The translations under genes were made by a program, and so were the position numbers. 64,000 nucleotides of DNA from Mobula hypostoma (Eukaryota): assembly GCF_963921235.1 (NCBI RefSeq), contig NC_086097.1:243600001-243664000 (forward strand). The letters are read 5' to 3'. Below are positions 1 to 11,509 of this stretch, piece after piece; the first letter of the stretch is position 1; every line of letters starts with the position of its first letter. The notes beneath the pieces are model-generated. The model did no database searches. It saw only the letters and a list, made by a program, of their open reading frames with translations, and was not told the DNA's origin.

Positions 1-327
1 CGGACAAACGTTCCTCATATGTTAACCCTCTCATTCCCGGAATCATTCTAGTGAATCTTCTCTGTACCCTCTCCAACGTCAGCACATCCTTTCTTAAATA
101 AGGAGACCAAAACTGCCCACAGTACTCCAAGTGAGGTCTCACCAGTGCCTTATAGAGCCTCAACATCACATCCCTGCTCCTATACTCTATTCCTCTAGAA
201 ATGAATGCCAACATTGCATTCGCCTTCTTCACTACTGACTCAACCTGGAGGTTAACTTTAAGGGAATCCTGTACGAGGACTCCCAAGTCCCGTTGCATCT
301 CAGAACTTTGAGTTCTTTCCCCATTTA
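1..327 (-). mobile_element. CR1-clade LINE ORF2 C-terminal fragment (runs off window start)
   Basis: Minus strand translates as QRDLGVLVQDSLKVNLQVESVVKKANAMLAFISRGIEYRSRDVMLRLYKALVRPHLEYCGQFWSPYLRKD, matching the other CR1 ORF2 copies here. Confidence 0.9.
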
Positions 328-1810
328 GCTCGAGACAATCCCATTCTCTGAGAAGGCAGGGTAGTCTGGGGATTCTCACTGAAGAGGGTGGTTTTTCTCC
401 AGTTTCCATCTGCTTGATGACTTCCCTAATACAAGGATCTGCTGACTGGGAGTCTGTAAACTCAGCATCAGAGAGATGAGAACTGACTGGTAATCCCCCA
501 CACTGATTTTCTTGTGCGTAACTGTCAGGGATAGCACTTGAGTGCATCGTTAAGGATGGAACATACGCAATGGCAACATCGGTAGCAGGTTCTGTTTGTT
601 GGGTGAGATGACTCTCGCACAGAGCTTGAACATAGTCAGCACTAACTTCACCTGCATCAGGAACTGCTTCTCGTTTAAAATGAGGCTTAGGAGTGCCATG
701 GCGTGGCTCCCTCTCATTCCGTCTCCTCTCACGCTGTCTTCTCTTTTCCGCTACTAATGCCAAATTGGGTTCATAGCAGCAAGGTCTGGCTCTATATCCA
801 TCTTCGCCACATTTAAACCAGTACCAAGGTTTTGGCTTTACATTTGGCTGTTTGTTAACGGTTGTGGACTCTTGTTTAACTGTTGTGTCAGCCTTTCTTT
901 TTGGTGGTGTCTCACTTGCTGTCTGAGAGCTCGCTTTTCCCTTCTGCTGCTCTGTAGCTTGTAAAGCCGCTAGTTGGCTTTGAGGCTCAGCGATTTGTTT
1001 AGTCAGTTGAGAAGTAATTGAAATTAGCTGTGATACATCTTCTTCTTTACAGGCACCTGTGCTGTGAGACTGTATAACAGCATGTTGTTTGGCTATTCCC
1101 AAATGCCATTTCATGCATGCGGTTCAGGAAGCATGTTTGTCTTCCTCAGTGCATAGAAGGGTCAATAGTTCAGTAAAGAATGACAGGTTTTGTTCCAGTT
1201 GCAGCTCTAACATTGGAAGTGGACCCAACATCCCCTACAAAATTGCTGTTAGCCTCAGTTTCGGCAACTCCACTTGGCTTTACAGCCAGTGTCAACACTA
1301 CTCGTAGCCACTGTAGGTAGGTGGATGGTTTTTCACCCATGTTCTGTACTGCATTCATGAATTTGGTGAATAATTCATCACCGCCTTCCATAGTGGCAAC
1401 CGCTGAATCTAGGAGATGTACGTAATTAGCAGGTGAAGCTCCAGGGCTTATTGACTTGATGCTGTCAGAAGATGGTGGAAGAGTACTTGCACACATCTTC
1501 CGTGTTCTATGAAGATCAGACACATTTGGGTCCAGCAAGACCAGTTCAACTCTAGCACGCCTTCTCATAATCCGCCTCATTAGGTGGATGAGGGGTTCTA
1601 CCAGAAAAAGTTCGGAGCCTCACTGGTGGATCGCCATGAGCCATCGAGTCATTACTGCACACAATGTGCTCCACTACAACTCTTTGAATATCTGGAGGGT
1701 TTAGGTCACTGGGCGAGAGGGATGACTTCACTGCAACTCCATTAGTCTGGATTACAGGGACTGAGTTACTCTGCATAGCAGCTGGAGCTGTTTCTGGCTG
1801 GATAGCATCA
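328..1810 (-). mobile_element. Decayed Gypsy/Ty3 internal region: PNMA-like gag, degenerate zinc knuckle, then a deletion into the pre-integrase part of pol
   Basis: LRTFSGRTPHPPNEADYE and GDELFTKFMNAVQNMGEKPSTYL (gag/PNMA-like); KPWYWFKCGEDGYRARPC at ~778-838 (broken CCHC); TTTAAAC at gag end (673-679); QSADPCIREVIKQMETGEKP near 385-450. Confidence 0.7.
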
Positions 1811-3245
1811 GAGGAGTCTGCTACATTACCCACCCTTTCTGTAGCTGTAATAGTGGCCCTGACCAGTAATGCCACCCCTCCTCCCCTTTTTCCGCCCTGT
1901 CTATCCCTTTTAAAGCACTGAAATCCAGGAATATTGAGAATCCATTCCTGCCCTGGTGCTAGCCAAGTCTCTGTAATGGCCACTACATCAGAATTCCGTT
2001 TACGTATCCATGCTCTCAGTTCATCACCTTTGTTCCTGATGCTTCTTGCATTGAGGTACACACATTTGAGCCCTTCTACCTTACTGTCTTTACACCGTTT
2101 ATTCTGCTTCTCTTTCCTCAAAGCCTCTCTGTATGTTAGATCTGGCTTTACTCCATGCACTTCTTTCACTGCTCTATTGCTCTGGGTCCCATCCCCCTTG
2201 CAAATTAGTTTAAACCCTCCCGAACCACGCTAGCAAACCTACCTGCAAGGATATTGCTCCCCCTCGAGTTCAGGTGCAACCCATCCAATCTGTACAGGTC
2301 CCACCTTCCCCAGAAGAGATCCCAATGATCTAAAAATCTAAAACCCTGCTCCCTGCACCAACTCCTCAGCCACGCATTCAACTGCCATCTCCTCCAATTC
2401 TTACCATCTCTGTAACGTAGAACTGGCAGCAATCCTGAGAACGCCACCCTTGAGGTCCTGTTCCTCAGTTTCTGCCTAGTTTCCGAAACTCACGCTTCAG
2501 GACCTCATCCCTCTTCCTGCCTATGTCGTTGGTCCCAACATGTATCACGACTTCTGGTTGCTTTCCCTCTCGTACCAGGATGTCGTGCACCCGGTCAGAG
2601 ACATCCCGGACCTTGGCACCCGGGAGGCCACAAACCATGCGGGTGTCCTTCTCACGTCCACAAAATCTCCTGTCTGCTCCCCTGACTATAGAGTCCCCTA
2701 CGATGACAGCTCTCCTCTTCTCCATCCCACCCTTCTGCACCACAGGGTCAGACTCAGTGCCGGAGGCCCTGCCACCGAGGCTCACACCTGGTCGGTTGTC
2801 CCCGCCAACAGTATCCAGGACGGTAAACTTATTATTCAGGGGAATGGCTACAGGGGTGCTCTGCACTACCTGTCTGCTCACCTTCGCTTTCCCCCCTCTG
2901 ACTGTCACCCAACGACCTGCTTCCAACAGCCTAGGTGTGACTACCTCCCTGTAGCTCTCATCTATGACTGCCTCATTCTCCCTTATGAGTCGAAGGTCAT
3001 CCAGCTGCTGCTCCAGATTCCAGATCTTCCAGATCGCCCAGCCGTATGCACTTCTGGCAGATGTGACTCTGCGGGAGAGGGGAGTTCCCCCAAGACTGCC
3101 ACAGCTCACATGAGAGGCACATCACTGTCTCAGGAGACATTGTAAAAACTAACTGCTAGCTAGCTTGCCTTCCGCCTCTTCTCGTCGAAGCCTCTCCAGT
3201 CAAAGTCTCAAAGCTCCACTCCTTCACTGGTCGCTTCAGTTTCAG
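1811..3245 (-). mobile_element. CR1 LINE 5' portion: 5'UTR, ORF1 (zinc finger + SGNH esterase) and start of ORF2 endonuclease; 3' part missing
   Basis: ATG at 3140 (MSPETVMCLSCELW...HICQKC); IVGDSIVRG, VIHVGTNDIG, DGLHLN motifs; APE motifs KCVYLNARSIRNK, VVAITETWL, RGGGVALLV. Confidence 0.9.
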
Positions 3246-3388
3246 TTCCAGGCAGTATATCTACAAGTTTAAATTCAAATTCAAAAACAGTATATCTATG
3301 CAGCTTAACTCCTTTCACGACAATTCGCCAACCTCACAGCTTTTAAACAAAGTAAATCTCGTTCAGTAACTTAACAAAGTTACTGAAG

Positions 3389-6300
3389 GGGAAAGCGGCA
3401 GTGATAGGGGACTCGATAGTTAGAGGTGCAGATAGGAGGTTCTGTGGTCGTGACAGAGAATCCAGGATGGTTTGTTGCCTCCCAGGTGCCAGGATCAAGG
3501 ATGTCTCTGATCGCTTGCGTGACATTCTGAAGTGGGAGGGTGATCAGCCAGATGTCGTGGTGCACATCGGTACCAATGACATAGCAAGGAAGAGTGAGGA
3601 GGTCCTGGAGAGTGAGTATAGAGAGCTTGGTAGGAAGTTGAAAAGCAGGACCTCGAGGGTGGTAATCTCAGGATTGCTACCTGTGCTAGGTGCCAGTGAG
3701 GGTAGGAATAGGATGCTCTGGAGGATGAACACATGGCTGAGGAACTGGTGTAGGGGGCAGGGTTTCAGATTTCAGGATCATTGGGACCTCTTCTGGGCCC
3801 TGTACAAGAGAGACGGGTTACACTTGAACTACAAGGGGACCAATATCCTTTCAGGGAGGTTTGTTAATGCTATTGGGGGGGCTTTAAACTAGATTTGCAG
3901 GGGGATGGGAACCAGAGTGCCAGAGCTGACAGTGGGGCTGGGGTGAAAATAAATGATGTTAAAAGTTCAAGCAAATCCGCTGATAGAAAGGTTGTGAGTG
4001 GTGGTAAAAAATCTTCTGAGGTGTATATATTTCGATGCTAGGAGTATTGCGGAGAAGGCGGATGAGTTGAGGGTGTGGATTGACACGTGGAATTATGACG
4101 TTATAGCAATTAGTGAAACTTGGCTACAGGAGGGGCAGGACTGGCAGCTTAATATTCCAGGGTTCCGATGTTTCAGATGTGATCGAGGCAGAGAAATGAA
4201 AGGTGGGGGAGTAGCATTGCTTGTTAAGGAAAATATTACAGCAGTGCTCAGGCAGGACAGATTAGAGGACTTGTCTACTGAGCCCTTGTGGGTGGAGCTG
4301 AGAAACAGGAGAGGTATGACCACAGTAGTGGGGTTGTATTATAGACCACCCAATAGTCAGCGAGAATTGGAGGAGCAAATCTGCAGAGAGATAGCAGGCA
4401 ACTACAGGAAACATAAAGTTGTGGTGGTAGGGGATTTTAATTTTCCACATATTGATTGGGACTCCCATACTATTAGGGGTCTAGATGGGTTAGATTTTGT
4501 AAAATGTGTTCAGGGGAGTTTTCTAAATCAATATATAGAGGTACCAACTAGAGAGGATGCAATATTAGATCTCCTATTAGGAAATGAGTTAGGACAAGTG
4601 ACGGAAGTCTGTGTAGGGGAGCACTTTGGTTCCAGTGATCATAACCCCATTAGTTTCAACTTGATCATGGATAAAGACAGATCTGGTCCTAGGGTTGAGG
4701 TTCTAAACTGGAAGAAGGCCAAATTTGAAGAAATGAGAAAGGATCTAAGAAGCATGGATTGGGACAGGTTGTTCTCTGGCAAGGATGGGATCATAAGTGG
4801 GAAGCCTTCAAAGGAGAAATTTTGAGAGTGCAGAGCTTGTATGTTCCTGTCAGGATTAAAGGGAAAGTGAATAGGAATAAGGAACCTTGGTTCTCAAGGG
4901 ATATTGCAACTCTGATGAAGAAGAAGAGAGGGTTGTATGATATGTATAGGAAACAGGGAGTAAATAAGGTGCTTGAGGAGTATAAAAAGTGCGAGAAAAT
5001 ACTTAAGAAGGAAATCAGGAGGGCTATAAGAAGACATGAGGTTGCCTTGGCAGTCAAAGTGAAGGATAATCCAAAGAGCTTTCAGAGGTATATTAAGAGT
5101 AAAAGGATTGTAAAGGATAAAATTGGTCCCCTTGAAGATCAGAGTGGTCGGCTATGTGCGAAACCAAAAGAAATGGGGGAGATCGTAAATGGGTTTTTTG
5201 TGTCTGTATTTACTAAGGAAACTGGCATGAAGTCTATGGAATTAAGGGAAACAAGTAGTGAGATCATGGAAATCATACAGATTGAAAATGAGGAGGTGCT
5301 TGCTATCTTGAGGCAAATTAAAGTGGATAAATCCCCAGGACATGACAGGGTATTCCCTCGGACCTTGAAGGAGACTAGTGTTGAAATTGCAGGGGCCCTG
5401 GCAGATATATTTAAAATGTCGGTGTCTACGGGTGAGGTGCCGAAGGATTGGAGAATGGCTCATGTCGTTCCATTGTTTAAAAAAGAATCGAAAAGTAATC
5501 CGGGAAATTATAGGCCGGTGAGTTTAACGTCGGTAGTAGGTAAGTTATTGGAGGGAGTACTAAGAGACAGAATCTACAAGCATTTGGATAGACAGGGACT
5601 TATTAGGGAGAGTCAACATGGCTTTGTGCGTGGTAGGTCATGTTTGACCAATCTATTGGAGTTTTTCGAGGAGGTTACCAGGAAAGTGGATGAAGGGTAG
5701 GCAGTGGATGTTGTCCACATGGATTTCAGTAAGGCCTTTGACAAGGTCCCGCATGGGAGGTTAGTTAGGAAAATTCAGTCACTAGGTATACATGGAGAGG
5801 TGGTAAATTGGATTAGACATTGGCTCGATGGAAGAAGCCAGAGTGTGGTGGTAGAGAATTGCTTCTCCGAGTGGAGGCCTGTGACTAGTGATGTGCCACA
5901 GGGATCAGTGCTGGGTCCATTGTTATTTGTCATCTATATCAATGATCTGGATGATAATGTGGTAAATTGGATCAGCAAATTTGCTGATGATACAAAGATT
6001 GGAGGTGTAGTGGACAGTGAGGAAGGTTTTCAAAACTTGCGGAGGGACTTGGACCAGCTGGAAAAATGGCAGATGGAGTTTAATACAGACAAGTGTGAGG
6101 TATTGCACTTTGGAAGGACAAACCAAGGTATAACATACAGGGTAAATGGTAAGGCACTGAGGAGTGCAGTAGAACAGAGGGATCTGGGAATACAGATACA
6201 AAATTCCCTAAAAGTAGTGTCACAGGTAGATAGGATCATAAAGAGAGCTTTTGGTACATTGGCCTTTATTAATCAAAGTATGGAGTATAAGAGCTGGAAT

Positions 6301-6889
6301 GTTATGGTGAGGTTGTATAAGGCATTGATGAGACCGAATCTGGAGTATTGTGTTCAGTTTTGGTCTCCAAATTACAGGAAGGATATTAATAATGGTGAAA
6401 GAGTGCAGAGAAGGTTTACAGGGATGTTGCCTGGACTTGAGAAATTCAGTTACAGAGAAAGGTTGAATAGGTTAGGACTTAATTCCCTGGAGCGTAGAAG
6501 AATGAGGGGAGATTTGATAGAGGTATATAATATTATGATGGGTATAGATAGAGTGAATGCAAGAGGCTTTTTCCACTGAGGCAAGGGGAGGAAAAAACCA
6601 GAGGACATGGGTTAAGGGTGAGGGGGTTAAAGTTTAAAGGGAACATTAGTGGGGGCTTCTTCACACAGAGAGTGGTGGGAGTATGGAATGAGCTGCCAGA
6701 CGAGGTGGTAAATGTGGGTTCTTTTTTACCATTTAAGAATAAATTGGACAGATACATGGATGGGAGGTGTATGGAGGGATATGGTCCGTGTGCAGGTCAG
6801 TGGGACTGGACAGAAAATGGTTTGGCACAGCCAAGAAGGGCCAAAAGGCCTGTTTCTGTGCTGTAGTTTTTCTATGGTTTCGATGCTTT
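3389..6889 (+). mobile_element. CR1 LINE, 5'-truncated in ORF1; ORF2 (APE + RT) with frameshifts and a premature stop
   Basis: ORFs 3401-3892 (esterase), 3998-4825 (APE), 4759-5700 and 5704-6579 (RT: NYRPVSLTS, VPQGSVLGP, FADDTK); TAG at 5698-5700; TTCTATG-type tail; candidate 6-bp TSD CTGAAG at 3383-3388 and 6890-6895. Confidence 0.95.
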
Positions 6890-7506
6890 CTGAAGTCTTT
6901 GTAAAAATAATCAGTTCTTGAAGAAAATCAAATTTGGATTCTTCGAATGAAAAAAAACTGAAACATCTGACTCTATTCAACTCTCTCATCATTACACATT
7001 TTATTCCCACGCTGGTTCTTCAATTTTTGGGCGGCTCGCCATCTTCGTTCCTGGTTTATTGGAATGAACTAGTATATCATCCAGTTCACAAACTTGAACA
7101 AGAACGTGACTAAATCCCTTGGTATGATTTTACAGAAGTAATTGCCGACTACACTGTAGGAATTTTGGACACTAGTCTCTGCCGATATTGTCTCGTTAAT
7201 GCTGCTGTGTGTTATAGTCGTAGTTCCATAAAACTTTTACTTCTATTGTCTCTCCTCCAGGAGTTTCACCCTGAGGTTTTCAAGTTAGTAGGGTAAAGTT
7301 CATGCCTTCGGCTTCTAATCGTTGCTGCATTTGTCTGTTTGTCCCTGCTGCGTATGCCACACCCATTCTCACATAGCGCTCTTTTTCCAAATTCTCTTTT
7401 TTTTTAAATCCGTAAACTTTGTTTTCATCCCTCTGCAGTGGGGACTTCCTAGCTTTACATCTTTGGGTTTAATTAACCCTGGTTACAGTTTTGTCGGAGG
7501 GAAGAG

Positions 7507-7592
7507 TTAGGTTGATCGTGGAGTAGGTTAAAAGGTCAGCACAACACAACAGGCCGAAGGGCCTGAATTGTGCTGTACTATTCTATGTTCTA
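7507..7592 (+). mobile_element. CR1 3'-tail fragment
   Basis: ggccgaagggcct hairpin followed by tgtgctgtactattctatgttcta, as at other CR1 3' ends. Confidence 0.7.
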
Positions 7593-7728
7593 AGTTATAT
7601 TCTAATGGGGAGCATAATAGTGAATAGTTTGTATCAATACAGTGTGAATTAGTCTATCAAATTATTTTAATGTGATAATTTTCTAGGTGTTGTACTGTGG
7701 CATAGTGGATACTAGAATATTTTACTCA

Positions 7729-8350
7729 ACCAACACACATCAAATTTGCTGGTGAACGCAGCAGGCCAGGCAGCATCTCAAGGAAAAGGTACAGTCGACG
7801 TTTCGGGCTGAGACCCTTCGTCAGGACTAACTGAAGGAAGAGCTAGTAAGAGATTTGAAAGTGGGAGGGGGAAGGGGAGATCCAAAATGATAGGAGAAGA
7901 CAGGAGGGGGAGGGATGGAGCCAAGAGCTGGACAGGTGATTGGCAAAAGGAATATGAGAGGATCATGGGACAGGAGGTCCGGGGAGAAGGAAAAGGGGGA
8001 GGGGGGGATAAAACCCAGAGGATGGGCAAGGGGTATATTCAGAGGGACAGAGGGAGAAAAAGGAGAGAGAGAGAAAGAATGTGTGTATATAAATAAATAA
8101 CAGATGGGGTACGAGGGGGAGGTGGAGTATTAGCGGAAGTTAGAGAAGTCGATATTCATGCCATCAGGTTGGAGGCTACCCAGACGGAATATAAGGTGTT
8201 GTTCCTCCAACCTGAGTGTGGCTTCATCTTTACAGTAGAGGAGGCTGTGGATAGACATGTCAGAATGGGAATGGGATGTGGAATTAAAATGTGTGGCCAC
8301 TGGGAGATCCTGCTTTCTCTGGCAGACAGAGTGTAGGTGTTCAGCAAAAG
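7729..8350 (-). mobile_element. Penelope-like element 3' end (end of ORF, pyrimidine-rich UTR, HHR-bearing terminus)
   Basis: Minus strand VATHFNSTSHSHSDMSIHSLLYCKDEATLRLEEQHLIFRLGSLQPDGMNIDFSNFR* resembles a PLE GIY-YIG C-terminus; terminus matches the arms at 23342 and 56260. Confidence 0.8.
7792..7829 (-). ncRNA. Minimal type-I hammerhead ribozyme motif
   Basis: UAGUC-CUGACGA-A-GGGU CUCA GCCC-GAAAC-GUC^GACUG: intact core, stem I UAGUC/GACUG, stem II, palindromic ACGU in place of stem III. Confidence 0.8.
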
Positions 8351-8504
8351 AATATTTTACTCACTCATTTTCTTCCCCTGATTTGATTTTTTTCAACCAT
8401 TGCCTCCTTTTAGTCCTGCCATTGCTAAGGTTCAGTCCATCATCTCCCCTATCATTTGTTTTAGAGTAATGAACATCCAGCTGAATGTTCTCATCTCACT
8501 TCTC

Positions 8505-8795
8505 CTCATTCAGAACCGCCACTTCCTGAGGAGATTAAGGCAAGTGAGGACTCCCCTTCCCTGCGGAATCATAACTGTGTTTTACAGGAGCACTTTTGAC
8601 AGCGTTCAGGCAAGTTGCATCTCCACCTGGTATGGGAGCAGCAGAACATTGGACTGGAAGTCTCTACATAGGACTGTGAGAACTGCCAAGAGGATCATAG
8701 GGGTCTCCCTACCATCCACTGGAGATAATTGTCAGGAGTGTTGCTTACGCAGGGCTCTTAATATTAAGGATCCCACCCATCCATCAAGCAGGGGA
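8505..8795 (+). mobile_element. Rex1/Babar-like LINE RT C-terminal fragment
   Basis: HFLRRLRQ...FYRSTFDSVQASCISTWYGS...LHRTVRTAKRIIGVSLPS...IKDPTHPS. Confidence 0.7.
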
Positions 8796-8837
8796 CTCTG
8801 ATGCAAAAAGAGAAGAACGGTCAGGATAGGAAATAGA

Positions 8838-11030
8838 TTCTGAACTGGAAGAAGGCCAAGTTTGAAGAAATAAGAAAGGATCTTTAAAAAGCGTGGATTG
8901 GGACAGGTTGTTCTCTGGCAAAGATGTGATTGGTAGGTGGGAAGCCTTCAAAGGGGAAATTTTGAGAGTGCAGAGTTTGTATGTTCCTGTCAGGATTAAA
9001 GGCAGATTGAATAGGAATAAGGAACCTTGGTTCTCAAGGGATATTGCAACTCTGATAAAGAAGAAGAGGGAGTTGTATGAAATGTATAGGAAACAGGGAG
9101 TAAATCAGGTGCTTGAGGAGTATAAGAAGTGCAAGAAAATACTTAAGAAAGAAATCAGGAGGGCTAAAAGAAGACATGAGGTTTCCTTGGTAGTCAAAGT
9201 GAAGGATAATCCAAAGAGTTTTTACAAGTATATTAAGAGCAAAAGGATTGTAAGGGATAAAATTGGTCCTCTTGAAGATCAGAGTGGTCGGCCATGTGTG
9301 GAACCAAAGGAAATAGGGAAGATCTTAAATAGGTGTTTTGCGTCTGTATTTACTAAGGAAACTGGCGTGAAGTCTATGGAATTGAGGGAATCAAGTAGTG
9401 AGATCATGGAAACTGTACAGATTGAAAAGGAGGAGGTGCTTGCTGTCTTGAGGAAAATTAAGTGGATAAATCCCCGGGACCTGACAGAGTGTTCCCTCGG
9501 ACCTTGAAGGAGACTAGTGTTGAAATTGCGGGGGCACTGGCAGAAATATTTAAAACGTCGCTGTCTACGGGTGAGGTGCCGGAGGATTGTAGAGTGGCTC
9601 ATGTTGTTCCGTTGTTTAAAAAAGGATCGAAAAGTAATCCGGGAAATTATAGGCCAGTGAGTTTAACGTCGGTAGTAGGTAAGTTATTGGAGGGAGTACT
9701 AAGAGACAGAATCTACAAGCATTTGGATAGACAGGGACTTATTAGGGAGAGTCAACATGGCTTTGTGCGTGGTAGGTCATGTTTGACCAATCTATTGGAG
9801 TTTTTCGAGGAGGTTACCAGGAAAGTGGATGAAGGGTAGGCAGTGGATATTGTCTACATGGATTTCAGTATGGCCTTTGACAAGGTCCCGCATGGGAGGT
9901 TAGTTAGGAAAATTCAGTCGCTAGGTATACATGGAGTGGTGGTAAATTGGATTAGACATTGGCTCAATGGAAGAAGCCAAAGAGTGGTGGTAGAGAATTG
10001 CTTCTCTGAGTGGAGGCCTGTGACTAGTGATGTGCCACATTGATCAGTGCTGGGTCCATTGTTATTTGTCATCTATATCAATGATCTGGATGAAAATGTG
10101 GTAAATTGGATCAGCAAATTTGCTGATGATACAAAGATTGGAGGTGTAGTAGACAGTGAGGAAGGTTTTCAGAGCCTACAGAGGGACTTGGACCAGCTGG
10201 AAAAATTGGCTGAAAAATGGCAGATGGAGTTTAATACAGACAAGTGTGAGGTATTGCACGTTGGAAGGACAAACCAAGGTATAACACACAGGGTTAATGG
10301 TAAGGCACTGAGGAGTGCAGTAGAACAGAGGGATCTGGAAATACAGATACAAAATTCCCTAAAAGTGGCGTCACAAGTAGATAGGGTCGTAAAGAGAGCT
10401 TTTGGTACATTGGCCTTTATTAATCAAGTTGAGCATAAGAGCTGGAATGTTATGATGAGGTTGTATAAGGCATTGGTGAGGCCGAATCTGGAGTATTGTG
10501 TTCAGTTTTGGTCACCAAATTACAGGAAGGATATAAATAAGGTTCAAAGAGTGCAGAGAAGGTTTACAAGGATGTTGCCAGGACTTGAGAAACTCAGTTA
10601 CAGAGAAAGATTGAATAGGTTAGGACTTTATTCCCTGGAGCGTAAAAGAATGAGGGGTGATTTGATAGAGGTATATAAAATTATGATGGGTATAGATAGA
10701 GTGAATGCAAGCAGGCTTTTTCCACTGAGGCAAGGGGAGAAAAAAACCAGAGGACATAGGTTAAGAGTGAGGGGGGAAAAGTTTAAAGGGAACATTAGGG
10801 GGGGGCTTCTTCACACAGAGAGTGGTGGGAGTATGGAATGAGCTGCCAGATGAGGTGGTAAATGCGGGTTCTTTTTTTACATTTAAGAATAAATTGGACA
10901 GATACATGGATGGGAGGTGTATGGAGGGATATGGTCCGTGTGCAGGTCAGTGGGACTAGGCAGAAAATGGTTCGGCACAGCCAAGAAGGGCCAAAAGGCC
11001 TGTTTCTGTGCTGTAGTTTCTATGGTTTCT
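8838..11030 (+). mobile_element. CR1 LINE, 5'-truncated, same subfamily as 3389-6889
   Basis: ORFs 8893-9507, 9462-9839, 9843-10043, 10047-10841 closely match the 4759-6579 peptides; near-identical 3'UTR. Confidence 0.95.
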
Positions 11031-11353
11031 ATATTACATTCTATGTTCTACATTACACTCTCTGTTCTATGTTCTACATTACACCCTCTGTTCTATGTTC
11101 TACACTGCACTCTATGTTCTATTTTCTATATTACATTCTATGTTCTACATTACACTCAATGTCGTATGTTCTACATTACACTCTCTGTTCTATATTCTAC
11201 ATTACACTCTACGTTCTATGTTCTACATTACACTCTATGTCCTATGTTCTACATTACACTCTCTGTCCTATGTTCTACATTACACTCTATGTCCTATGTT
11301 CTACATTACACTCTCTGTTCTATGTTCTACATTACACTCTACGTTCTATGTTC
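11030..11353 (+). repeat. Minisatellite, ~26-bp unit CTATGTTCTACATTACACTCTCTGTT, about 12 copies
   Basis: Visible tandem array abutting the CR1 TTCTATG tail; explains the repetitive ORFs at 10862-11423. Confidence 0.9.
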
Positions 11354-11509
11354 ACTTGAGAGAACCATTGTGACAAAGTGGGAGCTGATGTATTCTTCCA
11401 CTTCAACAAGATGGCCCTCCTAGCTATCAATGGAACAAATGCAATAACATGTTGGTCAGACAGAAATACCATGAATATTTTGAGGAATTATTCCGAAAAG
11501 CACAGTTAA

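Noticed and set aside
1170..1640. PNMA-like host gene
   Set aside because: Frameshifted, followed by a broken zinc knuckle and pol remnant; best read as decayed Gypsy gag
10862..11423. Repetitive ORFs and a CRISPR-like look
   Set aside because: Tandem 26-bp minisatellite with no unique spacers; eukaryotic context, no cas genes
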